Source: Betaproteobacteria bacterium (GTDB lineage: Bacteria > Pseudomonadota > Gammaproteobacteria > Burkholderiales > JAYUZG01). From it: a stretch of DNA of 56,314 bases. The position numbers and the translations under genes were made by a program. The stretch spans positions 1-56,314 of the forward strand of contig JAYUZG010000010.1 of NCBI GenBank assembly GCA_043751985.1, read 5' to 3'. The notes beneath the pieces are model-generated. The model made no database searches, was not told where the DNA came from, and was given only the letters and a program-made list of their open reading frames with translations. Shown piece after piece: positions 47,494-55,463 of this stretch (positions are counted from its first letter, which is position 1; the number at the start of each line of letters is the position of its first letter).

Positions 47494-48642
47494 TTACTCC
47501 CTCGCTCTTTGTAGAATCAGGCTCACGTGTGCCGATAGCACGCCGCCGTCGGCGTGGATGAACGCGCAATGTCTGGGGGCGATCTGCCGCTCACCTGCTT
47601 GCCCCGTCATTTGGCGCCAGGCTTCGGCGATATGACTCATCCCGCCTGCCACACCCGAGTGGCCGAATGAGAGCAGTCCGCCGTGGGTATTGAGAGCTAA
47701 TTTTCCGTCGCGCGCAAACACACCTTGGCGCAATCGCTCGGCCGAGCCGCCGTAGGGCGCGAAACCGGTTTCTTCTAGCAAAATCGCCAAAGTGATGGTG
47801 AACGAATCGTAAATGCCCAAGTAGTCGATCGCCGAACGTTCGATACCCGCATCGGCGAAGGCGCGTGCAGCCGCGTCGCGTGCTCCGAAGTTACGTGTAT
47901 CCGAAACCGCCGACAAGTGCTGGTGCCGGTGCGCCTGACCGGCTCCCGCGACGCGTATCCCAGGGCTGGTGGTTGATGGCTCAGCCGACACCATCATCGC
48001 CACGGCACCATCGGACATCGGGCAGCAATCGAGTAGCTTCAACGGCGCCGCGATTGGCTTGGACTGCATCACTTCGTCGATGCTGACCGGCGTCTTGAAA
48101 TGCGCGTCCGGATGACGCGATGCGTTGTCGTGCATCAGCACCGCGAATTCCGCCAGGTCTCGCTCGGTGAGCCCACTCTCATGCATGTAGCGCGAGGCGA
48201 GCAAGGCGTAGTACGTAGGCACCATTACGCCATTAGGGATTTCGTACTCGGCATCTCCCACCTGGGCTAGGGTTTGAATCGCGTTGTCTCGCTGCTGTCC
48301 GCTGAGGCGATTTTCTCCCGCGACTACCAAAACATGCTTGCAACGTCCGCTCTTGATCAGCTCGGCGGCGAGCATGACCATACCGGCGCCGGTCGCGCCG
48401 CCCATCTGCACGCCGTGTGCATAACTCGGTTCGAGTGCGAAACGCTCGCAAAACAAAGTCGCCAGCATGAGATGCGGCATGGTCGTCGCATAGCCGCACA
48501 ACACACCATCGACGTCACGGCGTTGGATTCCTGCGCTCTCAATCGCGCGGTGCGCGGCGGCAGCCATCAGATCGAGCGCGCTCTGCCCTTCAAGGCGCCC
48601 GAACGGAGTAGAGCCGACTCCACTGATCCAAGCGGATTTCAT
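47494..48642 (-). CDS. Thiolase-superfamily protein, SCP-x/Ltp type; canonical catalytic cysteines not evident
   Basis: 'ISGVGSTPFGR', 'LKLLDCCPMSDGAVAMMV' and 'NTHGGLLSFGHSGVAGG' match SCP2-thiolase-like proteins. The nucleophile position reads 'MGGATGAG', and the HDCF-type motif reads 'YDSF'. Confidence 0.8.
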   Translation of the reverse strand: MKSAWISGVGSTPFGRLEGQSALDLMAAAAHRAIESAGIQRRDVDGVLCGYATTMPHLMLATLFCERFALEPSYAHGVQMGGATGAGMVMLAAELIKSGRCKHVLVVAGENRLSGQQRDNAIQTLAQVGDAEYEIPNGVMVPTYYALLASRYMHESGLTERDLAEFAVLMHDNASRHPDAHFKTPVSIDEVMQSKPIAAPLKLLDCCPMSDGAVAMMVSAEPSTTSPGIRVAGAGQAHRHQHLSAVSDTRNFGARDAAARAFADAGIERSAIDYLGIYDSFTITLAILLEETGFAPYGGSAERLRQGVFARDGKLALNTHGGLLSFGHSGVAGGMSHIAEAWRQMTGQAGERQIAPRHCAFIHADGGVLSAHVSLILQRARE

Positions 48643-48646
48643 TTGT

Positions 48647-49702
48647 TCAGACGGTTCCAACCGGCGTTGCCGGCGAACCCACCGCGCCCGGCAAACGCAG
48701 CGGCGGCGCAGTCAATAGAAAACGATAACGAGCATGCGCGCGCAGCCAATTGGCGAGCGGCGTCAGATGCCAGATCTCACCCAGGTTGACGCCGATCTTG
48801 AACAAACAATGTTCATGTAGCGGCAGCAACGCGCAACGCCCATGTCCCTCGCGCGCGGGATACGCTTCCACCGCGTAGTTATCCGCGATCAGTGACACCA
48901 GCTTGCTGTCGGTGACCCATTGCAACAATTTGTCATCACGGCCGTCCAACCCGGTACAGGAATTTTCCAGCGCATGCGCGTCCGGCTGCTTGTTCATTTC
49001 CAAAATCATTTCGGCGAAACCGGTATGCAAACACACCATGTCGCCGGCCTCGATTTCTACTTTGTCCTTTTCCAGGACGCGCATCAGATCGTCGTAACCA
49101 ATCGCCTTGGGTTCGCGTCCGAAGTGGGCGTGCAGATCGATCATGGCCGCCCTGCCCTGCATGCATTTTTCCGCCATGTTCTCGATGCCGAGCCGCTGCG
49201 CATCGGAAGTCGAACGCGGCTCGATCGGGCCGCTCGCACCTGCGTTTCCCGCTTCACTCGGTCCGTGAATATGCACCCCGGCGCGGAAGCCGTTGTAGAA
49301 CACCGCTTCGGCCACGCCATCGCCATCCGCGTCAAACATCTGCCCGACATGCGCGAGGCTGTCCCACTGTGTCGAATACTGAAGGTGAATCAACGCAAGG
49401 TCGTCATTCATCACGTCGGTCTTGTCCGGAAGGTCTTGCTCCACGCGGTAATTGAAATTCGGTTTCCCCGCACGCAGCGTCGGTCGCAGCACCGGCGGAA
49501 AGCGTCGCGGATTGAGCACATTGCCGCCGGGATAGTCGAGCGGAAGACTGAGACAGAAGGTCAGCCCTTCTCGCACTTCCGCCACGCCCTGACGCACTTT
49601 CTCCGGTGTCAGCAAATTGACACGGCCCAATTCGTCATCAGGTCCATAGTCGCCCCAAGTCGATCCTTTGGGTCGGTGTTTCCAACGTGACGAAGATGAC
49701 AT
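48647..49702 (-). CDS. Cyclase-family protein (PF04199-like, long form)
   Basis: 'GRVNLLTPEKV', 'IHLQYSTQWDSLAHVG' (variant of the HxGTHxDxPxH motif), 'VCLHTG' and 'SLIADNYAVE' are present. Confidence 0.65.
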   Translation of the reverse strand: MSSSSRWKHRPKGSTWGDYGPDDELGRVNLLTPEKVRQGVAEVREGLTFCLSLPLDYPGGNVLNPRRFPPVLRPTLRAGKPNFNYRVEQDLPDKTDVMNDDLALIHLQYSTQWDSLAHVGQMFDADGDGVAEAVFYNGFRAGVHIHGPSEAGNAGASGPIEPRSTSDAQRLGIENMAEKCMQGRAAMIDLHAHFGREPKAIGYDDLMRVLEKDKVEIEAGDMVCLHTGFAEMILEMNKQPDAHALENSCTGLDGRDDKLLQWVTDSKLVSLIADNYAVEAYPAREGHGRCALLPLHEHCLFKIGVNLGEIWHLTPLANWLRAHARYRFLLTAPPLRLPGAVGSPATPVGTV

Positions 49703-49739
49703 GATTTTCTCCTCTCTCTAATCTTAGTCTGTCAAAGTG

Positions 49740-50729
49740 CTAACGAATGAAATCCAGCACGCGTTGCGATTCTGTTGCCAGTAACTCGGCGCCAATTCTA
49801 TGGTTCCAGTACGCCTCCGAACCCGCGCACAATCGCCACTCGTGCAAGCGCCGCGTGAATAACTGCAAGTCGAACTCCTCAGTCACTCCGATCGCGCCGT
49901 GAACTGCGTGCCCCATCGCGCAGATAGAAGCGGCCACCTCGCTGGTCACCGCTTTTGCGATCGACGCTTTGCGCGTGTCCGGCAGAAAACCATTCGCATC
50001 ACTACCGATGCGCGCCGCGCTGTGCGCGAGTGCGGTCTGCTCCGCCATCACCGCAATCTGATGTTGAATCGCCTGAAACTTTCCGATGGCGCGGCCAAAC
50101 TGAGAGCGTTCATTGGCGTAAGTCAAGGTCATGCGCAACACGCTGGCCATAGCGCCGGACATTTGCGCGGCGAGCAGACAGGCTTGCACGACGCGCAACT
50201 CGCTCAGGCACGCAATAGTCTCTTGCTTCGCCGATCCAAGAGACCAAGTCAATAACGCACTCGACGCAAAGGATGCAACGGGATCGCGACGTGCCTCTGC
50301 CAACGGAAGCAAGATGGCTTTATTTCTCACACCCACCAACGCCCAGTGCGCGGTCATCGCTTGCGCAGTCTGTCCGCAACGAATGGATCCGTCCGAAGGA
50401 TCAATCTTGCCGTGCGCCAAAACTATCGCTTCATGCGGAATGCTTTCACCCGCGGCGTGCAAGATCGCCCTCGCGAGCATCGTTTGCGCGAACGGCAGCG
50501 GCAACGCGTATATGCCGCTGAGTTCAATGAGCGGAAACACGTCGCGCAACGCCAACCCTGCCCCGCCGGCATGTACCGGTAACAGCGCGTCGAGAAAACC
50601 CGATTCCTCCAGTTGGCGCCACACAACATTGGTCGCGCCGCCCTGATCGATGGTGCGCACTTGGGCCGGTGCGCTGCACGCGCGCAATAAGCGCTCGAAA
50701 GGATCGACCAGAGAATTCTCCACGCTCAT
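49740..50729 (-). CDS. Acyl-CoA dehydrogenase-like protein, short form (candidate beta subunit)
   Basis: The C-terminal ACAD helical domain is clear ('YANERSQFGRAIGKFQAIQHQIA', 'HGAIGVTEEFDL'). The N-terminal and middle domains are short and divergent. The start overlaps the upstream ACAD stop (TGATG). Confidence 0.75.
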   Translation of the reverse strand: MSVENSLVDPFERLLRACSAPAQVRTIDQGGATNVVWRQLEESGFLDALLPVHAGGAGLALRDVFPLIELSGIYALPLPFAQTMLARAILHAAGESIPHEAIVLAHGKIDPSDGSIRCGQTAQAMTAHWALVGVRNKAILLPLAEARRDPVASFASSALLTWSLGSAKQETIACLSELRVVQACLLAAQMSGAMASVLRMTLTYANERSQFGRAIGKFQAIQHQIAVMAEQTALAHSAARIGSDANGFLPDTRKASIAKAVTSEVAASICAMGHAVHGAIGVTEEFDLQLFTRRLHEWRLCAGSEAYWNHRIGAELLATESQRVLDFIR

Positions 50730-51883
50730 CAGCGCAACCCCAAGCCACGCGCGATCATCCCGCGCAAAATTTCGCGTGTTCCGCCACGCAACGAAAATGT
50801 CGGTGCGATCTGCGACACATAGGACAGCGCGCGCGACAACTCCGCGCTCGTGTCGCCATCGGGATCGGCGCCGAGCGAGCCGGCGATCATCACCGGGATC
50901 GCTTGTTCCAGTTCGGTACCGAGTTCCTTCACCAGCGCGGCTTCGACCACCGGACTTTCACCGCACGCAATTCTTGCGGTGAGAGAAATCGACATTTCGC
51001 GTAACACGGCGAGGCGCGACACGATCTTTCCGGCCAACTCCTGCGCGCGCGGCTGGGCGGCCGGTCGTCGACGCAGCAGTTCGATCCACTCGTCGAGCAA
51101 CACGGCGTCCGAGTACAGTCGTTCCGGCCCGCTGCGCTCATACGCGAGTTCCGTGGTGACTTGGCTCCAGCCATCGCCTTCCTTGCCGATCAGTGGGTCG
51201 GAAGTAAGTTGCACGTCCTGGAAAAAAACTTCATTGAAGTGACGATCACCGGTAAGGTCTTGAATCGGCCGCACGGTTACGCCAGGGAGCGAGAGATCGA
51301 CGATGAACTGAGACAAGCCCGCATGTCGATCCTCACTTGTGCCGGACGTGCGAACCAAAGCAATCATGTAGTGTGAGCACTGTGCATTGGTGGTCCAGAT
51401 TTTCTGTCCGTTCAGCCGCCATCCATCCGTAGTCTTCTCCGCTCGCGTGCGGACGCTGGCGAGATCGGAACCGGAATTGGGTTCGCTCATGCCGATGCAA
51501 AAGAAAGCCTCGGCCCGGCAGATCAAAGGCAAGTAAAACTGCCGCTGTCGCTCCGTGCCGTATTTCAGAATCAGCGGCGCGCTCTGACGATCGGCGATCC
51601 AGTGCGCACCGACCGGCGCGCCCGCGTTGAGAAACTCTTCGACCATCACAAAGCGGGCGAACGCGCTGCGGCCGGCGCCGCCATACTGCTGCGGCAGCGT
51701 CAGACCGATCCAGCCGTTCTTTGCGAGTGCCCGGCTAAACTCCGGGTCGGAGCGCGACCACGAGCGCGCAAGTTGATCCACCGCAACGCCGCGCAGTGCG
51801 TCCGCGAGAAACGTACGCACCGCTTGGCGCAACGCTTCGTCTTCGGGCGGGATGATTGCGGCTTCAAATGAATCGAGAATCAT
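50729..51883 (-). CDS. Acyl-CoA dehydrogenase (candidate alpha subunit)
   Basis: 'CIGMSEPNSGSDLASVRT', 'WRLNGQKIWTTNA' and 'YERSGPERLY', with C-terminal 'RGGTREILRGMIARGLGL'. Start set at the internal ATG (MILDSFEA). Confidence 0.88.
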   Translation of the reverse strand: MILDSFEAAIIPPEDEALRQAVRTFLADALRGVAVDQLARSWSRSDPEFSRALAKNGWIGLTLPQQYGGAGRSAFARFVMVEEFLNAGAPVGAHWIADRQSAPLILKYGTERQRQFYLPLICRAEAFFCIGMSEPNSGSDLASVRTRAEKTTDGWRLNGQKIWTTNAQCSHYMIALVRTSGTSEDRHAGLSQFIVDLSLPGVTVRPIQDLTGDRHFNEVFFQDVQLTSDPLIGKEGDGWSQVTTELAYERSGPERLYSDAVLLDEWIELLRRRPAAQPRAQELAGKIVSRLAVLREMSISLTARIACGESPVVEAALVKELGTELEQAIPVMIAGSLGADPDGDTSAELSRALSYVSQIAPTFSLRGGTREILRGMIARGLGLR

Positions 51884-52007
51884 TGGTCGTGAACGGCTGG
51901 TGTGGAATTCGGAGCGTACCAGAGCGGAGGCCACGCGACGCACAAAAACTCATCTAAGATCGCTGTGTCGTCGCCAACAATTTTTAGAAAAAATCAAGGA
52001 GTCCATT

Positions 52008-52922
52008 TTGTTTGCTCCACCCCAAGTTATCGAAACTCGTGTGTTTGCTCGACTGCCGGAAGAACTTAAGCTAAAGACGGAGACCAACGAATGGGCCGAT
52101 GGCCAGCCGATCGGCATTCCCGGACGCTCGCTGATCGAAGGCCCGTCATTTGATCGCGAAGGCAATCTCTACTGCGTGGACATTCCCGCCGGGCGAATAT
52201 TCAAAGTCACGCGCAACGGCGTGTTCCATTTGCTGGTGGAATACGACGGCTGGCCCAACGGCCTGAAAATACATCGTGACGGGCGCATTTTTATCGCCGA
52301 CTACAAGAACGGCATCATGTTATTCGACCCAGACACACGCAGCGTCAAGCCCTACCTGGTGCGCGCCAATCTGGAGCGATTCAAGGCGGTGAACGATTTG
52401 TTCTTCGCCGCGAACGGCGATCTGTATTTCACTGATCAAGGGCTCACTGGATTGCACGATCCGACCGGGCGCGTGTTTCGTGTGCGTCCGAACGGCCAGG
52501 TAAGTTGTCTGCTGGATAACGTGCCCAGCCCCAACGGCCTGGTGATGAACCGGGACGAGTCCATGCTGTATGTCGCGGTCACGCGCGGCAACTGCATCTG
52601 GCGCGTCCCGTTTACGCGCAGCGGAGAAGCCGTAAAAGTCGGCCTCTACCTTCAGCTATCGGGCGGCGGAGGGCCGGATGGTCTCGCGCTGGACGATGCG
52701 GGCAGGCTCGCCGTCGCGCACGTCGCGATGGGTTCGGTGTGGATCTTCGACGCGACTGGACAGCCGGTGTATCGCATCCAGTCGTGCATGGGCACGCACA
52801 CGACCAATGTTGCTTTCGGCTGGCCCGATCGAAATCAGCTCTACATTACCGAGTCGGAGAGCGCCACCATTCTCGTCGCCGACCTCGATGTGCCGGGGAA
52901 GCTCATGTATTCCCACGCATGA
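52008..52922 (+). CDS. SMP-30/gluconolactonase/LRE-family beta-propeller hydrolase
   Basis: 'EGPSFDREGNLYCVDI', 'PNGLKIHRDGRIFIADY', 'FTDQG', 'PNGLVMNRDESMLYVA' and 'PDGLALDDAGRL' are present. A TTG start at 52008 lies 6 nt after AAGGAG; the long upstream ORF extension was rejected. Confidence 0.8.
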   Translation: MFAPPQVIETRVFARLPEELKLKTETNEWADGQPIGIPGRSLIEGPSFDREGNLYCVDIPAGRIFKVTRNGVFHLLVEYDGWPNGLKIHRDGRIFIADYKNGIMLFDPDTRSVKPYLVRANLERFKAVNDLFFAANGDLYFTDQGLTGLHDPTGRVFRVRPNGQVSCLLDNVPSPNGLVMNRDESMLYVAVTRGNCIWRVPFTRSGEAVKVGLYLQLSGGGGPDGLALDDAGRLAVAHVAMGSVWIFDATGQPVYRIQSCMGTHTTNVAFGWPDRNQLYITESESATILVADLDVPGKLMYSHA

Positions 52923-53012
52923 CAATAAGCGCAGTGACCATCGATTATTGGCAGTCGATCACCGGTGATTGCGCCCGAATTCAAGCGATCAAACGCTTGA
53001 CTACCTTGGTTA

Positions 53013-53059
53013 TGCCGAAATGAACGTTTGTCTGTCTGAGGCAACATGCTATTTCGGCA
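53013..53059. repeat. 9-bp perfect inverted repeat with 29-nt spacer in the SMP-30/HDOD intergenic region
   Basis: TGCCGAAAT (53013-53021) and ATTTCGGCA (53051-53059). Confidence 0.6.
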
Positions 53060-53159
53060 CGGGAATCTGATTCACACTGAATGACAGGCATCTTCTTTGC
53101 GATTACCTGCTCGAACGGATGGTGTCGTACCGCCGGACCCCGAGCAGAGTCAAAGGAGC

Positions 53160-53825
53160 ATGAACATGAATCAGCCAAGCGCAAATCTCGCCTTACAAGA
53201 AGCGGCAACTGCCGTTGACAGAAATTCGCCCGGTCATCGCGCGGAAAAGATCATCGGCATGCTGCGCAACGACGGAAATAGTGAACGCGCGCAGCATGAG
53301 CTGAAGCACGATCCCGTCTTGCTGTATCAGTTCATGACCTACTTGCGTTCCGTTGGAGTGGGTTATCAACACGACGCGGGGCCGTGGCATCCGCCGGTGT
53401 TACGTGGGCAGCCAGAACAATTCAAGAATTGGGTCAGCCAGTTCGCTGACAGCGGGTGCCAAGAGGTCAGCCGCTCCATTGGCAAAAACGCGGTGGTGCG
53501 TGGCCGTTTCCTGGAATTGATCGGGAAGACGATGTTTGGCGATAAAGCCGCCGACGAATTATTCATCGTCGGGATTTTCTCGGTTCTCGATATTTTGCTC
53601 GCCCAGCCAATGCGAAAATTACTCGATGGCCTGACCATCAGCGAAGAGATGCACCAGGCCTTGCTCTATCGCAAAGGCGCCTATGCGCCGTTACTCTTCC
53701 TAGCAAAAGCCATTGAGGACGCCAACGAACAACGCATCGATCAATTACAGGCGACGCTGCAAATCCCGATCGAAGTGATGTATGAGACCTATAACGCCGC
53801 GCTGGAATGGGCGGAGCAACGCTAA
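53160..53825 (+). CDS. Stand-alone HDOD-like signalling domain protein
   Basis: 'HDPVLLYQFMTYLRSVG' and 'DELFIVGIFSVLDILLAQPMRKLLDGLTISEEMHQALLYRKGAYAPLLFLAKAIE' resemble the HDOD part of EAL-HDOD (COG3434-type) proteins. AAAGGAG ribosome-binding site before the ATG at 53160. Confidence 0.55.
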   Translation: MNMNQPSANLALQEAATAVDRNSPGHRAEKIIGMLRNDGNSERAQHELKHDPVLLYQFMTYLRSVGVGYQHDAGPWHPPVLRGQPEQFKNWVSQFADSGCQEVSRSIGKNAVVRGRFLELIGKTMFGDKAADELFIVGIFSVLDILLAQPMRKLLDGLTISEEMHQALLYRKGAYAPLLFLAKAIEDANEQRIDQLQATLQIPIEVMYETYNAALEWAEQR

Positions 53826-54215
53826 GAATTTCGGGTTGAGTTTTTCACTGCCGGTTTCTGGCGGGTTCAATCACCTTCATAGAGCCAAAGCCCTGGCGCG
53901 CTGTTTTTTCCGACACGCGATCAAGTTCACCCACCGGCGCGTGTGGTCTAGTGCGAATTGCCACCAAGCTCTGCTCGCGTAATTAAGCTGCTAACCCGGC
54001 GAACCCGTTGCGCAGGTCGCGCGATTGGTCCCCGGCAATAACATCCGGCGGCCTTCGCCGCTTGGAGCGGCCGCAACCATGCCGGTCTCTGTTGCTTGTG
54101 CCAGCGCAACCGCCCATCGCACGGCTGCGATCCCGATTGGCAAAGTTTTGTTCCGGCCATCGCCTATACTTCCGCCCTGCGTACCTACAGTTCAAATTCT
54201 CGAAGAGGAAATCAA

Positions 54216-55463
54216 ATGGATCGAGCGGACCATTCGACGGCGCGGCAGACCAAGCGCCGCAGACTGCTGCAAGGGGGCCTTGTCACTGCGCTGACTTCAG
54301 TATCCGCGCTGTCGAGTGCCGAAAAACTCGTCGTGCCACCGTGGGTGACCTCGCAGGGTAAGCCAATCGTTGACGGCTCATATGGCAACCCTGCACCGCA
54401 AGAAATATTGGGGCGCACACGCTTTGCGGGCAGCCTGACCGACACGGCCGCCGCCAGCCTCACGCCATTGCATAAGCTGCACGGCATCATCACGCCGAGC
54501 GGCTTGGTGTTCGAACGGCATCACGCCGGAGTACCGCAGATTTCTCCCGACGTCCATCGCCTGGTGATTCACGGACGCGTCAAACGGCCACTGTCTTTCA
54601 GCATGGAAGACTTGATGCGTTTCCCGTCGGTGTCACGCATCCATTTTCTCGAGTGCTCGGGGAATACCTTGCAGGAGTGGAAGGGAACGCCGGGTAAGAC
54701 GGCACAAGAGACGCATGGCCTCTTGTCTTGCTGTGAGTGGACCGGCGTGCCTCTCAATATTCTGTTGGAAGAGGCGGGCGTCGATCCGGACGCCGACTGG
54801 CTGCTCGCCGAAGGTGCCGACGCCGCCGCCATGACGCGCAGCGTGCCGGTGGAAAAGGCGATGGACGACGCGTTGGTGGTGTACGCGCAAAACGGCGAGG
54901 CCTTGCGTCCCGAGCAAGGCTACCCAGTGCGTTTATTCCTGCCCGGTTACGAAGGCAATATGAGCGTGAAGTGGTTGCGCCGGATCAAAGTCGGCCTGCG
55001 CCCCTTCATGACGCGCGAGGAGACGTCCAAATACACCGACTTGATGCCGAACGGAAAGTCACGCATGTTCAGTTTTTTGATGGAAGCCAAGTCGGTGATC
55101 TTGTCACCATCGGGCGGCCAGCATCTCAAAGCAAAAGGCCCACAAGCCATCAACGGCATCGCGTGGAGCGGGCGCGGCAAGATTCGCAAAGTCGAAGTGT
55201 CAACCGATGCAGGCAAGACCTGGCACGACGCGAAACTGGAAACACCGGTGATGAATCGCTGCCTCACCCGATTTCATTACACCTGGAATTGGGACGGCTC
55301 TCCTGCCGTCGTGCAGAGCCGCGCGACCGACGAGTCAGGTTACGTGCAGCCGACGCGCGACGAATTGGTCGCGGTGCGCGGAGTCCATTCCCACTACCAC
55401 TTCAATGGTATTCAAGGCTGGAAAATATCCGAGAGCGGCGAGGTGATCAATGCGCACGCATAA
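54216..55463 (+). CDS. Molybdopterin sulfite/sulfane dehydrogenase, SoxC/SorA family (Tat-exported)
   Basis: Twin-arginine signal 'TKRRRLLQGGL', then 'GIITPSGLVFERHHAGVP', 'HFLECSGN', 'GYPVRLFLPGYEGNMSVKWLRRI', and a C-terminal dimerisation domain. Confidence 0.87.
   Translation: MDRADHSTARQTKRRRLLQGGLVTALTSVSALSSAEKLVVPPWVTSQGKPIVDGSYGNPAPQEILGRTRFAGSLTDTAAASLTPLHKLHGIITPSGLVFERHHAGVPQISPDVHRLVIHGRVKRPLSFSMEDLMRFPSVSRIHFLECSGNTLQEWKGTPGKTAQETHGLLSCCEWTGVPLNILLEEAGVDPDADWLLAEGADAAAMTRSVPVEKAMDDALVVYAQNGEALRPEQGYPVRLFLPGYEGNMSVKWLRRIKVGLRPFMTREETSKYTDLMPNGKSRMFSFLMEAKSVILSPSGGQHLKAKGPQAINGIAWSGRGKIRKVEVSTDAGKTWHDAKLETPVMNRCLTRFHYTWNWDGSPAVVQSRATDESGYVQPTRDELVAVRGVHSHYHFNGIQGWKISESGEVINAHA

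Noticed and set aside
53826-54215. Possible small gene or pseudogene in the 390-nt gap upstream of the SoxC-like gene (ORFs 53782-53982, 53948-54160, 54008-54361)
   Set aside because: All candidate translations are Arg/Cys/Ala-rich noise without starts backed by ribosome-binding sites. One simply runs out of frame into the SoxC-like gene. The region is kept only as an unexplained non-coding gap.
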